Made by a program: the position numbers and the translations under genes
The notes under the pieces: model-generated
Database searches by the model: none
What the model was told of the DNA's origin: nothing
The model's input: the letters and a program-made list of their open reading frames with translations, nothing else
In this document: positions 1-10,143 of the stretch, one piece after another
Numbering within the stretch: the stretch's first letter is position 1
How the letters are laid out: every line of letters begins with the position of its first letter
NCBI GenBank assembly: GCA_963721685.1
Contig: CAVRJJ010000001.1
Location: 303,950-367,949 of the forward strand
DNA: 64,000 bases
Source: an uncultured bacterium
Lineage (GTDB): Bacteria > Patescibacteriota > Saccharimonadia > UBA4664 > SCTI01
Direction of reading: 5' to 3'

Positions 1-1412
1 GGACTGCCATTGAAGCCGGTACCCACCAAGTGGTATTAAAAGCACCTCATTTTGTATTCTATGTCCTTCAACAGCTGCGAAAAGAATATGGCGATACAAC
101 GGTTGAGCAAGGCGGTATCACAGTTACAACGACGCTTGATTACGCCAAACAGCAGGAAGCCGAACGGATCGTCAAGAATCAGGTAAGTAAGCTGGTCCGC
201 CAACGCGCCACTAACGGAGGCTTGGTCTCGCTCGACCCAAAAACCGGCGATATTCTCAGTATGGTCGGAAGCGTAGACTATAATGCGCCCAGCTTTGGCA
301 ACGTCAACGTAACGCTCGCCCAGCTGCAACCGGGATCAAGCTTTAAACCTATCGCCTACGCGGCAGCTTTTACCAAGGGCTGGAGCGGAGCGACGGTAGT
401 GGATGACAAACCGGTGCGTTTTCCCCAAGCCACCGGCGAGGTCTTTATTCCTCAAAACTATGACCTCAAGTTCCGTGGCCAAGTACTCCTTCGGCGCGCC
501 CTGGCAAATTCGTTCAACATTCCGGCAATTGAAGTGCTACAACATGCTGGCATTGAAGAAACGGTAGCGGTAGCCCACAGTCTTGGTATCCGTCCTCCCA
601 GCCTAACCGACAAAAGTAGAAACGGACTGAGCTTAGTGCTGGGCGGGGGAGAAGTGCGGGCGATTGATATGGCGGCGGTGTATGCCACCTTAGCCAATGG
701 GGGTAAAGCGGTCACCACCCATACCGTTTTGAAGGTCAGCGACCGTTCGGGAAACGACATTACCAAACCGCGCCCTACAGCGGAACGCCAGGCAATCGAC
801 CAAAGGATCGCCTATATGGTTACCAATATCCTTAGTGACACCGATGCCCGCAAGGAAATATTTGGCACGCAAAACCCTTTGCAACTCAGTCGCCCCGCGG
901 CAGCCAAGACCGGGACCACTAATGACTACCGAGACAACTGGGCCATCGGCTACACCCCCCAACTGGCTACCGCCGTGTGGGTTGGCAATAACGACCACTC
1001 TCCTATGCTGAATGTTGATGGTATTACCGGTGCCGCGCCAATCTGGCACGACTATATGGAAATGGCGCTAGCGGGAACCGAGGTTGAGCCATTTATAGCA
1101 CCTCCCGGAGTGGTCTTCGCGAAAGTCTGCCCACTGGATGGGGGGCTTGCCTCTGCCAACGACCCGACGGCCGTAAATGAAGTATTTCTGGCCGAAAACC
1201 AGCCGACAAAACAATGCGGCCAAATCCGACCAAGGCCGATACTTGTGCAAACACCGCCTCCCGACCCTGCCGCCCCTGCCGTACCGCCAACTGAAGCTCC
1301 CGGATTGCGTCCACCTTCATCTGGCGTCGGCGGAGGAGATGACGACCCGCCGGATGATGCGCCCAATCCCAACCCGCCCTCTCCGGGTAACCCATTTTCC
1401 TCACCATTTTAG
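1..1412 (+). CDS. Class A penicillin-binding protein, transpeptidase part (5' end outside window), Pro-rich C-terminal tail
   Basis: QPGSSFKP (SxxK), SFN (SxN), AAKTGT (KTG) motifs. Confidence 0.9.
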   Translation, partial: TAIEAGTHQVVLKAPHFVFYVLQQLRKEYGDTTVEQGGITVTTTLDYAKQQEAERIVKNQVSKLVRQRATNGGLVSLDPKTGDILSMVGSVDYNAPSFGNVNVTLAQLQPGSSFKPIAYAAAFTKGWSGATVVDDKPVRFPQATGEVFIPQNYDLKFRGQVLLRRALANSFNIPAIEVLQHAGIEETVAVAHSLGIRPPSLTDKSRNGLSLVLGGGEVRAIDMAAVYATLANGGKAVTTHTVLKVSDRSGNDITKPRPTAERQAIDQRIAYMVTNILSDTDARKEIFGTQNPLQLSRPAAAKTGTTNDYRDNWAIGYTPQLATAVWVGNNDHSPMLNVDGITGAAPIWHDYMEMALAGTEVEPFIAPPGVVFAKVCPLDGGLASANDPTAVNEVFLAENQPTKQCGQIRPRPILVQTPPPDPAAPAVPPTEAPGLRPPSSGVGGGDDDPPDDAPNPNPPSPGNPFSSPF

Positions 1413-1445
1413 CCTGCATAGCGATTTAAGTTCTTAAAATTATCG

Positions 1446-1474
1446 TTGACACATATCTAGACATGTTTTATAAT
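1446..1474 (+). promoter_or_regulatory. Consensus sigma70 promoter
   Basis: TTGACA-17bp-TATAAT upstream of ORF at 1525. Confidence 0.85.
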
Positions 1475-1524
1475 TTATTTACCTAACTAGATAACGTGTT
1501 GTAATAAGAATTAAATTCGAGAAG

Positions 1525-2553
1525 ATGTCAGACACTATTGTCCCCCAAACTGCTTTTAATTATGTCCAGACCGCTGAGGCAATCTTAAGCGCGCTTCGCA
1601 ACGAGCGAGACCGTAAAATTGTCGCCCAGCGGTACGGCTTAGGCTTACCGAAGCGCCACACGCTTGAAAAAATTGGCAGCCAGTTTGGTATTACCCGCGA
1701 ACGGGTAAGGCAAATTGAGAAGGCCGCCACCGTTAAGCTACAGCAAACCGCTTCAGCGGAGCTCACCCGTGTCGACAACGCCTTAAAGCAGCATTTAGCC
1801 CGCCAGGGCCAGGTGGATCTGCTGGATAACGTCGCCGCGGCAGTCGGCGCCCATACGCCCGCGCAGCAAGCCTACATTTCTTTCTTAGCAGCGCTGGCCC
1901 CGAGTATTGAAATTATTGAAGACAACGACCATTATCATCCGGCGTTATCCTCGTTGCCCGAGTACCATAAGCAACGAATTGCCGAGATCACCAGCCATCT
2001 TGTTCATCAGCTCAAGCAAAAAGCCAAACCTACCCCAATCGACGCGCTGCATAAAGCGCTCCCATTTGAGATTACCCAGCAAACCGCCGAACAGGTTGCT
2101 AAAGCTTCTAAACGGCTTGCTCACCATGATGGCCATTGGGGATTAAGCCATTGGCCGGAGGTAAACCCTCGTTCTATCCGAGACAAAACCTATTTGGTTC
2201 TGGGCAAACATGGTCGGCCTTTGCACTTTACCGATATTGCCACCAATATTGCCGGGCTTGGCAACCAAAAGCGCAGCGTAACAACCCAGGCGGTGCACAA
2301 CGAGCTTATTAAGGACCCCCGGTTTGTTCTGGTTGGAAGGGGGATTTACGCCCTGAGCGAATGGGGCTATACACCCGGGACCGTCGCCGATATCATTACC
2401 GAGGTATTGCGGGAAGAGTCACCACTCCATAAAGATGAAATCGTGAAGCGCGTACTGCAAAAGCGACAGGTTAAGACCACGACTATCGTGCTTAACCTAC
2501 AAGAAAAAGACCAGTTTGTACGCGTCTCAAAAGCCACGTACGCGCTTAAATAA
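1525..2553 (+). CDS. Sigma70 region-4-like HTH plus HARE-HTH DNA-binding protein (CPR-typical)
   Basis: TLEKIGSQFGITRERVRQIE HTH; C-terminal VHNELIKDPRFVLVGRGIYAL. Confidence 0.8.
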   Translation: MSDTIVPQTAFNYVQTAEAILSALRNERDRKIVAQRYGLGLPKRHTLEKIGSQFGITRERVRQIEKAATVKLQQTASAELTRVDNALKQHLARQGQVDLLDNVAAAVGAHTPAQQAYISFLAALAPSIEIIEDNDHYHPALSSLPEYHKQRIAEITSHLVHQLKQKAKPTPIDALHKALPFEITQQTAEQVAKASKRLAHHDGHWGLSHWPEVNPRSIRDKTYLVLGKHGRPLHFTDIATNIAGLGNQKRSVTTQAVHNELIKDPRFVLVGRGIYALSEWGYTPGTVADIITEVLREESPLHKDEIVKRVLQKRQVKTTTIVLNLQEKDQFVRVSKATYALK

Positions 2554-2647
2554 AGCTAGGCTTATTGTTAGTACAGACAGGGGTAATAGGGTAAAATAAA
2601 GCTATGGGGTGCACTATAGAACTGGCCAGTTCCGTTTGGGGAGTTAT

Positions 2648-5431
2648 ATGGATATTCTAGGGAATGTCTTAATCGCCGTTATTCAAATTATCGGAACGGT
2701 TTTATTTACCTATTACGGCTGGGTTGTAGTCGTTGGTTTTTTCCTCTTTCTTATCTGGCAAAATCGCCGGCGGGAACAGTGGGTGGGCAAAATCGAACAT
2801 GTCCTTCTCCACATTGAAGTACCAAAGGAGAATGAAAAGAAAGAGCTGTCGGCTGAGCAGATGTTTGCCAGTCTGCATGGGATTTTACGTCCGAAATCAG
2901 ACCTAAGGAAAGAAGGGTCACTCCAAGAACACATCAGCTTTGAAATCGTAACTATCAACGACCAGATCCGGTTCTATGTATGGACACCGCGCCACCTGAA
3001 AAACTTCGTGGAAGGCCAAATTTACGCCCAATACCCGAATGTCCAGATTGAAGAAAGTAGCGCTGATTACGCCACCACCGAGCTGGGTTCAAGGCAGGCT
3101 TACACTACCGTGCTTGGCCTCACCAAAACCGAGGTACTCCCCATAAAAACCTTTCAATCATTTGAGGTTGACCCGCTTGCGGGGATTACCGCGACACTTG
3201 GCAATATGGAAGACGCCGGCGAAGAAATGTGGATTCAAATACTGGCCCGGCCAGTCGACGACGATTGGCATAAAAAAGGATTGGAATACATTGAAGATGT
3301 AAAAGCCGGGAAAACCTACGAACCCTTTGAGCAACGGATTTTTAAAGGCTTGCTCGCGATTCCAAGCTATATTTTCAGCAACTTTCTTGGCGCGTTGTTT
3401 ATCCCTCCCTCGGAAGTAAAGAAGGAGGAGAAAAAAGCCGACGCTATGTCTACCGGCCAGCAAGCCCTAGTGAAAGCGGCCGAAGAAAAAATTAATAAGT
3501 TGGGTTATGAAGTTTATATTCGTATTGTCTATCTGGGCAATGATCCCACGGTGGCACGTATGCGCAACCAAGCTATTATTGGCGGTTTCAAACAGTTTAA
3601 TACCACAAACCTTAATGGTTTCAATGTCGATTCAAGCAAGGAAGGCAGCGGGGGAGTAGACGCCTACCGGGCGCGGCTCTTTACCGATGATGGGGACATT
3701 CTTAATATTGAAGAACTAGCCAGTGTTTATCATTTACCCCATAAAAGCGTGGAAACGCCTAACATGGTATGGACCACCACCAAAACTTCCGAGCCGCCAT
3801 CTAATCTCCCAACTGAAACCAGCGCCGAACCCACTGCCATCAGCTTGTTTGCCGCTACCAATTTCCGCGGCAAGCAGCTTAAGTTCGGCATGAAGCGGAT
3901 AGACCGGGGGCGCCACCTTTACATCATTGGCCAAACCGGCACCGGTAAGTCCAAACTACTCAACCTGTTAACCTTATCCGATATTTATCACGGGGAGGGG
4001 ATGGCTATCATTGACCCCCACGGCGATTTCGCCACCGACATGCTGCAATATGTACCTGAACACCGCCTTCAGGACGTTATTTACTTTAACCCGACCGACC
4101 GGGACTTTCCTATAGCCTTTAACCCCCTAGAAGTTTATGACCAGTCCTTTAAAAACGACATTTCATCGGAAATGATCGGGGTATTGAAACGAATGTTTGA
4201 ATCCTGGGGTCCCAGGCTTGAATACATCCTGCGGTTCACCCTGCTGGCGCTGCTTGATTACCCCGACGCCACAATGCTGGGAATCACCCGCATGCTCACC
4301 GACAAGGAATTCCGAAAGAAGGTTATTAAGGAAATTAAGGATCCGGTGGTAAAAGCCTTCTGGGTTACCGAGTTTGCCTCCTGGAATGATAAGTTTGCCA
4401 ATGAAGCGGTAGCGCCAGTATTGAACAAGGTAGGCGCTTTCACCGCCAACCCGTTAATCCGTAATATCATCGGTCAACCCCGTTCCAGGCTCGATTTGCG
4501 TAAGATTATGGATGAAGGCAAGATTTTAGTGGTAAACCTCTCCCGCGGTCAAATAGGGGAAGATAACGCGAGCATTTTAGGCGCTCTCATGGTGACGAAG
4601 ATCCAGCTCGCGGCCATGTCACGGGCTAATATCCCGCTTGAGCAACGCCGACCCTTTTATTTGTATGTCGATGAGTTCCAGAACTTTGCCACCGAAAGTT
4701 TCGCCACCATCCTAAGTGAAGCCCGCAAATATGCGCTTAACTTAACCGTCGCTAACCAGTACGTCTCACAAATGCCGGAGGAGGTTCGCAGCGCGGTATT
4801 TGGCAACGTCGGTTCGATCGTAAGCTTCCGGGTGGGCGTAGATGACGCGCCGATCATCGCCAAAAACTTCGCGCCGCTGTTTGAGCCTGATGACCTTGGC
4901 AAACTCCATAATCAACATATATTAATAAATATGAGCATTGATGGAGAAAAATCCATCGCCTTTTCCGCTAAGACCCTGCGCATGCCGGACCCCGAAGCCG
5001 ATTTCACCGCCCAGCTCGTTGATTTAACCCGCGAACATTACGCTTCGGATAGGGCCAGCGTGGAACAGGAAATCTCGGAATGGACACTGGGTCAAGCCAC
5101 CACCGAGAAATCATCCGGCGATCAGGACGCTAAATCCGAATCTACGCCGACTGAACAAAAACCGAACACGTTTTTAGGAGGGCTGAAAAACCCTGAACCG
5201 CCACAACCAGCCAAGACCGCTCCCGCACATCAAGGCCAACAGGGAAGCAACAGGAGCAAAAGACGTGGAAAAGGCTCTGGCGGTGGCCAAAACGACCAGA
5301 AGGACAACAGGAGTGGCCAGCGGCAGCCGGTGGGCGCGGGGGCGCCGGTACGCATGGAAACGCAACAATCCCAGCAAGTAGTTCGTCCCGGGGAGAGCGT
5401 AGCAGTGCGGCGCGCAGTTGAGGAACAGTAG
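2648..5431 (+). CDS. Membrane-anchored TrwB/VirD4/HerA-like ATPase (type IV coupling protein family)
   Basis: N-terminal TM; Walker A GQTGTGKS; IIDPHGD; Walker B LYVDEFQN; SEARKY; GGGAG RBS before ATG 2648. Confidence 0.85.
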   Translation: MDILGNVLIAVIQIIGTVLFTYYGWVVVVGFFLFLIWQNRRREQWVGKIEHVLLHIEVPKENEKKELSAEQMFASLHGILRPKSDLRKEGSLQEHISFEIVTINDQIRFYVWTPRHLKNFVEGQIYAQYPNVQIEESSADYATTELGSRQAYTTVLGLTKTEVLPIKTFQSFEVDPLAGITATLGNMEDAGEEMWIQILARPVDDDWHKKGLEYIEDVKAGKTYEPFEQRIFKGLLAIPSYIFSNFLGALFIPPSEVKKEEKKADAMSTGQQALVKAAEEKINKLGYEVYIRIVYLGNDPTVARMRNQAIIGGFKQFNTTNLNGFNVDSSKEGSGGVDAYRARLFTDDGDILNIEELASVYHLPHKSVETPNMVWTTTKTSEPPSNLPTETSAEPTAISLFAATNFRGKQLKFGMKRIDRGRHLYIIGQTGTGKSKLLNLLTLSDIYHGEGMAIIDPHGDFATDMLQYVPEHRLQDVIYFNPTDRDFPIAFNPLEVYDQSFKNDISSEMIGVLKRMFESWGPRLEYILRFTLLALLDYPDATMLGITRMLTDKEFRKKVIKEIKDPVVKAFWVTEFASWNDKFANEAVAPVLNKVGAFTANPLIRNIIGQPRSRLDLRKIMDEGKILVVNLSRGQIGEDNASILGALMVTKIQLAAMSRANIPLEQRRPFYLYVDEFQNFATESFATILSEARKYALNLTVANQYVSQMPEEVRSAVFGNVGSIVSFRVGVDDAPIIAKNFAPLFEPDDLGKLHNQHILINMSIDGEKSIAFSAKTLRMPDPEADFTAQLVDLTREHYASDRASVEQEISEWTLGQATTEKSSGDQDAKSESTPTEQKPNTFLGGLKNPEPPQPAKTAPAHQGQQGSNRSKRRGKGSGGGQNDQKDNRSGQRQPVGAGAPVRMETQQSQQVVRPGESVAVRRAVEEQ

Positions 5432-5836
5432 CGTTGGGGCTAGAAGTACAAAGCGGGAGGCAGAATCTTAGCCACAGCAGCGTCATGAGATAGTGTCGCA
5501 CAATGTATATTTTGCGACACTCGCATTTATATTTATATCCGGTATGAGTGGAGGGTTGGACTATTGAGCTAAAACCCATTTATACCTTATATAAGCCATA
5601 GTTGCACTCTTTTGTGTATATTGATTACGTTGTTTTCCCTTATTAGGGGTGTTGTAACTTTTGCTTAAACTAGCATACCTATAATCGGCTTAAATAAGGT
5701 TTCCTTACCCCTCTCCCCTCGTGAGCCTATTGCCTGGGGCAACAAAAGATTGTAAACCGTGCAGTGTATTATTATTGCGGCTTGATGTACAAAAACCGAA
5801 CAAAGGGGAGGGCAGAGGAGTAGTGGCTTCTTCCCC

Positions 5837-6655
5837 CTATTTGTAATACGCCTTGTGGGGTATGCGTAAATCAATATACTGGGTAGGTTGCTTCTTCGTT
5901 CTTCGTAATTCCTGCTGCACCTGCCTCAGATCAGCAATCTCCTCCCCCGCCGGGCGAGTGGTATCAAATTTCAAGGTAAGGTTATTGCTGGTTTGAACAT
6001 ACACTTCACTGGTGCTAGCCGGGATGCTTAAGGAATTTACCGGAAATCCTGTTCCCGGAAGCAAACCCACCAATTCCCGACAAAATGCCACAAAGCTGGT
6101 TGTTACTACCCTATCCCCTGTTTTGGCGGGCAGGTTATTGCTGTCGGTAATCGTAGGCAGGTTTGCATACACGCCAGACGTCGGCCCAATAATTGTGCCG
6201 TTGGCATCAAGCAGGAAGACGGCTCCGGCTGTCTTCCAGTTAAGTGAGGGTTGGCGCTCCGTAATGCTGACCATTAACGTGCGGGGCAGCTTACGCGTTA
6301 CCTCCACACTTTTAATGGCAGCCTCATGCTCCGCTAAATAGCTGGCCAAGCCTGAACTATCCATTAGTAATAAATTGCGTCCCAGCCATTGGCGTTGCAA
6401 GCCATCATGCACCAGCTTTTCGAGCTGGGGCTTTGCAATTGCCTGGTAGCCTTCAACATTGATAGTGGCTATCGTGGTAGCCCGCGCTATCAATACCAAA
6501 AGCAGCAAGGTAATTGTCCCCGCCGCGGCTAAACGAATCCAGAACTTGCGAGCCAACCAAGGCAGCTGGGGAAGCTGCGGGCGCCGGCTATAGCTTGAGC
6601 TTTGCCGGGAATACGATGGGCGGGAGCCCATGCGGTTAACGTGGCGGCGGCTCAC
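5837..6655 (-). CDS. ftsQ: Cell division protein FtsQ/DivIB
   Basis: TM + POTRA-like region, ITERQP, C-terminal YIDLR; end of dcw cluster. Confidence 0.8.
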   Translation of the reverse strand: MSRRHVNRMGSRPSYSRQSSSYSRRPQLPQLPWLARKFWIRLAAAGTITLLLLVLIARATTIATINVEGYQAIAKPQLEKLVHDGLQRQWLGRNLLLMDSSGLASYLAEHEAAIKSVEVTRKLPRTLMVSITERQPSLNWKTAGAVFLLDANGTIIGPTSGVYANLPTITDSNNLPAKTGDRVVTTSFVAFCRELVGLLPGTGFPVNSLSIPASTSEVYVQTSNNLTLKFDTTRPAGEEIADLRQVQQELRRTKKQPTQYIDLRIPHKAYYK

Positions 6656-7791
6656 GAGCGCTTCCCCGCATCTAACAGCACATCAGCTAGTTGGTTTGCT
6701 GCCTGCGGCGCGTGGAATTGGGCAATTGCCTTGCTGTAACGGCTTCGGGTTTCAGCGCTTTCCAGCAGGCTAGTTACATGAGTCAAAAGGTCTTGGGCGC
6801 TACCCGTGGCCACCATTGCCGCATCCGCCCGCTGCAGGGCTTGGGCGTTTTGGACCTGATGGGCCGCGGCGGACGTATTGGGCACCAGTACTGTTGGCTT
6901 TTCCAGAGCCGCTAATTCCGCGATGGTTGAAGCCCCCGCCCGGGCTACCACCACATCGGCAACCGCGTACGCGTCTGCCATTTCGCGCGGTTCTAAAAAC
7001 GGTATGGAATGATACACGTGCATGGATTGGGTTCGCCTTAGCTTATCCACGTCCCGCCCTACCCGCTCAGCCTCATGCTTACCCGTAACGTGGAGAATTT
7101 GGGATTTTAGGAGCAATTCGGGCAGACAGGCGACCAATGCGCTATTAAGCTCGCGGGCACCTTGACTTCCTCCCACCACCAACAGGACCGGAACGTTCTC
7201 CTCCAGATGGAAAGTCCGGCGCGCGTTGGCTATGTTGCCTTGCAAGAGTGCTGGTTGAACAGGCATGCCGGTATAAACCAACTTGGGTTGTAGCCGCGAA
7301 GCGTAAAACTCTATGGGAAAACCAGTAGCTATGCTGCGCGCCCAGCGTCCCATCACCCGGGTACCCAGACCCGGACTGACATCTGGTTCATGAAGAACCA
7401 TGGGGACACGCAAAAATAGGGCCGCGATTCCAATTGGGAAGCCGGGAGGGCCACTTTTATTAAATATGACAGCGGGCCGGTAGCGGCCAACAATCCATAG
7501 TGCCTGCACCGTGCCAACCAAAATGGAAATCACATCCCGCGCGTTCCAGGCTATGTACCGCCATCCGCGAAGATTACCCACCACCCCGGCACCCGGTAAA
7601 CGCCGAAGCTTTCCTGCCTGAATACCCTTAAAAGGCAATCCGGCAGCCTTAGCTAAGCCAGCCTCAACCCCGCCCCGCTGACCGACAAAGAGGATGTCGG
7701 GGGGTTCAGCTGTTAAGCGTAACGCGTCGACGGTTGCTAGTACCGGCGAAACGTGGCCGCTGGTTCCCCCGCCGCTGACGATCATCCGCAT
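6652..7791 (-). CDS. murG: Undecaprenyl-PP-MurNAc-pentapeptide GlcNAc transferase
   Basis: GGGTSGHV, HEPD, GGSQGA, RAGASTIAE, HQ..NA. Confidence 0.93.
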   Translation of the reverse strand: MRMIVSGGGTSGHVSPVLATVDALRLTAEPPDILFVGQRGGVEAGLAKAAGLPFKGIQAGKLRRLPGAGVVGNLRGWRYIAWNARDVISILVGTVQALWIVGRYRPAVIFNKSGPPGFPIGIAALFLRVPMVLHEPDVSPGLGTRVMGRWARSIATGFPIEFYASRLQPKLVYTGMPVQPALLQGNIANARRTFHLEENVPVLLVVGGSQGARELNSALVACLPELLLKSQILHVTGKHEAERVGRDVDKLRRTQSMHVYHSIPFLEPREMADAYAVADVVVARAGASTIAELAALEKPTVLVPNTSAAAHQVQNAQALQRADAAMVATGSAQDLLTHVTSLLESAETRSRYSKAIAQFHAPQAANQLADVLLDAGKRS

Positions 7792-8917
7792 GGCTATCCT
7801 TTCTTAGGGTGTACTTAGAAATATTAAACAACAGTGCGGCAGCCACCACCATAATGACCAAACTGGTGCCTCCGTAACTGACAAACGGCAATGGAATTCC
7901 GGTAAGCGGCACCAAAGAGAGCATCGCCGCGATGTTAATGAAGCTTTGAAAGAGAAAAATCAGGGTAATTCCGGCTGCCAACAGCCGGCCAAACAGATCG
8001 GGAGCCCGACGGATAATATCAAAGCCCCGGTAAATCAAGGCGGCGTAGACCGTTAACACAATTAAACTGCCAATTAGCCCAAACTCTTCGCCAATTACCG
8101 CAAAGATAGAGTCGTTGGGCGCCTCCGGCAAGTAGCCGTAAATTTGTACGCTCTGACCCAATCCCTGCCCAAAAAACCCCCCGCTGCCAATGCCAATCAA
8201 CGATTGGCAAATATGGTATCCCCGGCCGCTACAGTCGCTCATAGGATCCAGAAAGGTCATAAACCGGCTTATGCGGTGCGGAAACGCTAAAATCGCCAAA
8301 CCGGCCACCACTACACCGCCGGCCGCCAGTACCCCCAGGTGCTTAAGCCGTATTCCTGCCAGGTAAAACATGCCCATGGTCGACAACGCAATAACCATCA
8401 TCGTACCCATGTCACGTTGCAGCATTGCTATAAAAAGACCGGCTACGCTTAATATCGCGACAAAAGGCAGCACCCCTTTTCTCAGTGAAGTTAGGTCCTT
8501 ATGATGGCGCTCAAACCAAGCAGCCAAATAAACTACCAACGCCAGCTTTAGCAGTTCGGAAGGCTGGAAGGAAACCGGTCCGAGATCCAACCATCGCGAA
8601 GCACCCAAAGCTGAATACCCCAGTGGCGTCAGCACCGCGATTACCGCTGCTATAGCCACTACCAGCAAAGGCAGCGCAAACCGGCGCCACAGCTTATAGT
8701 AAACGCTGCTCACCACCCCCCACGCCACCACGCCAATTCCCACGAAGGTGAGTTGGTTAAGAAAATAACTGGTTTCCGTCCCCTGCTTTTGACTAAGCGC
8801 GGGGTTAATGTTGTACATCATTATCAACCCAAAAGCCAAAAGGATAAATACCGCCAAGCCTAAGACATAGTCTCCGCGATGTCCCCGAACCGGCGCGTTT
8901 TCGCCTCGCGGTTTCAT
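7706..8917 (-). CDS. ftsW: SEDS peptidoglycan glycosyltransferase FtsW
   Basis: RWLDLGPVSFQPSE, DMGT, LPEAPNDSIF, LPFVSYGGTS; ATG overlaps mraY stop. Confidence 0.93.
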   Translation of the reverse strand: MKPRGENAPVRGHRGDYVLGLAVFILLAFGLIMMYNINPALSQKQGTETSYFLNQLTFVGIGVVAWGVVSSVYYKLWRRFALPLLVVAIAAVIAVLTPLGYSALGASRWLDLGPVSFQPSELLKLALVVYLAAWFERHHKDLTSLRKGVLPFVAILSVAGLFIAMLQRDMGTMMVIALSTMGMFYLAGIRLKHLGVLAAGGVVVAGLAILAFPHRISRFMTFLDPMSDCSGRGYHICQSLIGIGSGGFFGQGLGQSVQIYGYLPEAPNDSIFAVIGEEFGLIGSLIVLTVYAALIYRGFDIIRRAPDLFGRLLAAGITLIFLFQSFINIAAMLSLVPLTGIPLPFVSYGGTSLVIMVVAAALLFNISKYTLRKDSHADDRQRRGNQRPRFAGTSNRRRVTLNS

Positions 8918-9951
8918 AATATCCGGTTCCCCAGCAGGCCAATAGTCAGACCGACCACGCCTAAAACGTGCCCGATAACCCAAAGCCGCATGGTAACTTT
9001 GGTTTCAGGCCAGCCAATTGCTTCAAAATGATGGTGAATCGGCGCCGACAAGAAAATCTTGCGCTTAAACAGTTTTTTCGACATGATTTGCAGCGCGCTG
9101 GATCCCGCTTCAAGCACGAAAACACCGGCGATAATTGGCAGCACCACTACCGCGTTAGTAAGCACCGCCACGACCCCGAGCGTCGTCCCCAAAGCAAATG
9201 AACCGGAATCCCCCATAAAAAACCGCGCCGGATAAATATTAAACCAAGTATAGGTAAGCATCACGCCGACGATGGTGGCGCAAAACCCGGCAATGCCGAA
9301 ACTGCCCTGAAAATAGGCAATCACACCGTACGCGGCGAAGGCCGTTGACAGCAAGCCCCCAGACAAGCCGTCTAAGCCATCACTAATATTTACGGCATTA
9401 GCGGTTGAGACAACTACCGCGATGAACAATGGAATATACAGCCACCCGATTGAAAAGTCCCCCACTGCCGGAATATGAATTAGGTGATACCCAAGCTTAA
9501 AGTAAAAGTAAAGAGCACCGAGCACCGCTATTCCCGTAATAAGCAGGAATTTCAGCCGGCTTTGAAGCCCGGCCACACCAAGCCCATTACCCCGAATATT
9601 TATGTAATCATCAAGCAAACCCACCAGACCCGCCGCCGCCAATACCGCGAGGGGCAAATAGGTTTGGTTGCGGCTTAAATTAAGCAACAGCGTCACCACA
9701 ACAATGCTGACCACAATCACGATTCCGCCCATAGTTGGGATATTACGTTTGTGCTTGGCGGCGTGAAGTTTGTAGAAAATCGGGGCTTTCTCACCTGTAA
9801 CCGCGGTATCGCGCACTTGCTTCCACCATTTGTAGCGGTAAGCTAATTTGGTGTAAATCGGGGTCAGTAACATGGAAAGCGCAAAGCCCACAAAACCCAA
9901 AGTCAGGATTCGTGAGAGGGAAACTATATCGGCTTCATAAACAAATGTCAT
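8914..9951 (-). CDS. mraY: Phospho-MurNAc-pentapeptide transferase
   Basis: PTMGG, DDY, NISDGLDGL, FMGDSGS, APIHHHFE. Confidence 0.95.
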   Translation of the reverse strand: MTFVYEADIVSLSRILTLGFVGFALSMLLTPIYTKLAYRYKWWKQVRDTAVTGEKAPIFYKLHAAKHKRNIPTMGGIVIVVSIVVVTLLLNLSRNQTYLPLAVLAAAGLVGLLDDYINIRGNGLGVAGLQSRLKFLLITGIAVLGALYFYFKLGYHLIHIPAVGDFSIGWLYIPLFIAVVVSTANAVNISDGLDGLSGGLLSTAFAAYGVIAYFQGSFGIAGFCATIVGVMLTYTWFNIYPARFFMGDSGSFALGTTLGVVAVLTNAVVVLPIIAGVFVLEAGSSALQIMSKKLFKRKIFLSAPIHHHFEAIGWPETKVTMRLWVIGHVLGVVGLTIGLLGNRIL

Positions 9952-9998
9952 TGTGGCTCATTTTACCATGTTTTACAGATAAGCGTAAGCGTGTTGCA

Positions 9999-10119
9999 CC
10001 TGAGATTCGAATCTATTTTGGTTTTGCCACTCAAGGACACCTCCGCACCGTCTTCGCCAACGTTCCGGGTGGCAGGTGCCCCTCCTAATGTGCCACCCAA
10101 ACAGAGGTGGCTGCTCAGG
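9999..10119 (-). ncRNA. Candidate structured RNA between ftsI and mraY
   Basis: Closing stem CCUGAG/CUCAGG, inner stems GCCACC/GGUGGC and GGGGCACCU/AGGUGUCCU. Confidence 0.4.
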
Positions 10120-10143
10120 CCAAAAAGTTGATTGCTGGCCCGA

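Noticed and set aside
2604-2660. 18-aa leaderless uORF before the ATPase gene
   Set aside because: ATG lies 6 nt after TAAAAT, but the main gene has its own GGGAG RBS and nothing else supports the peptide.
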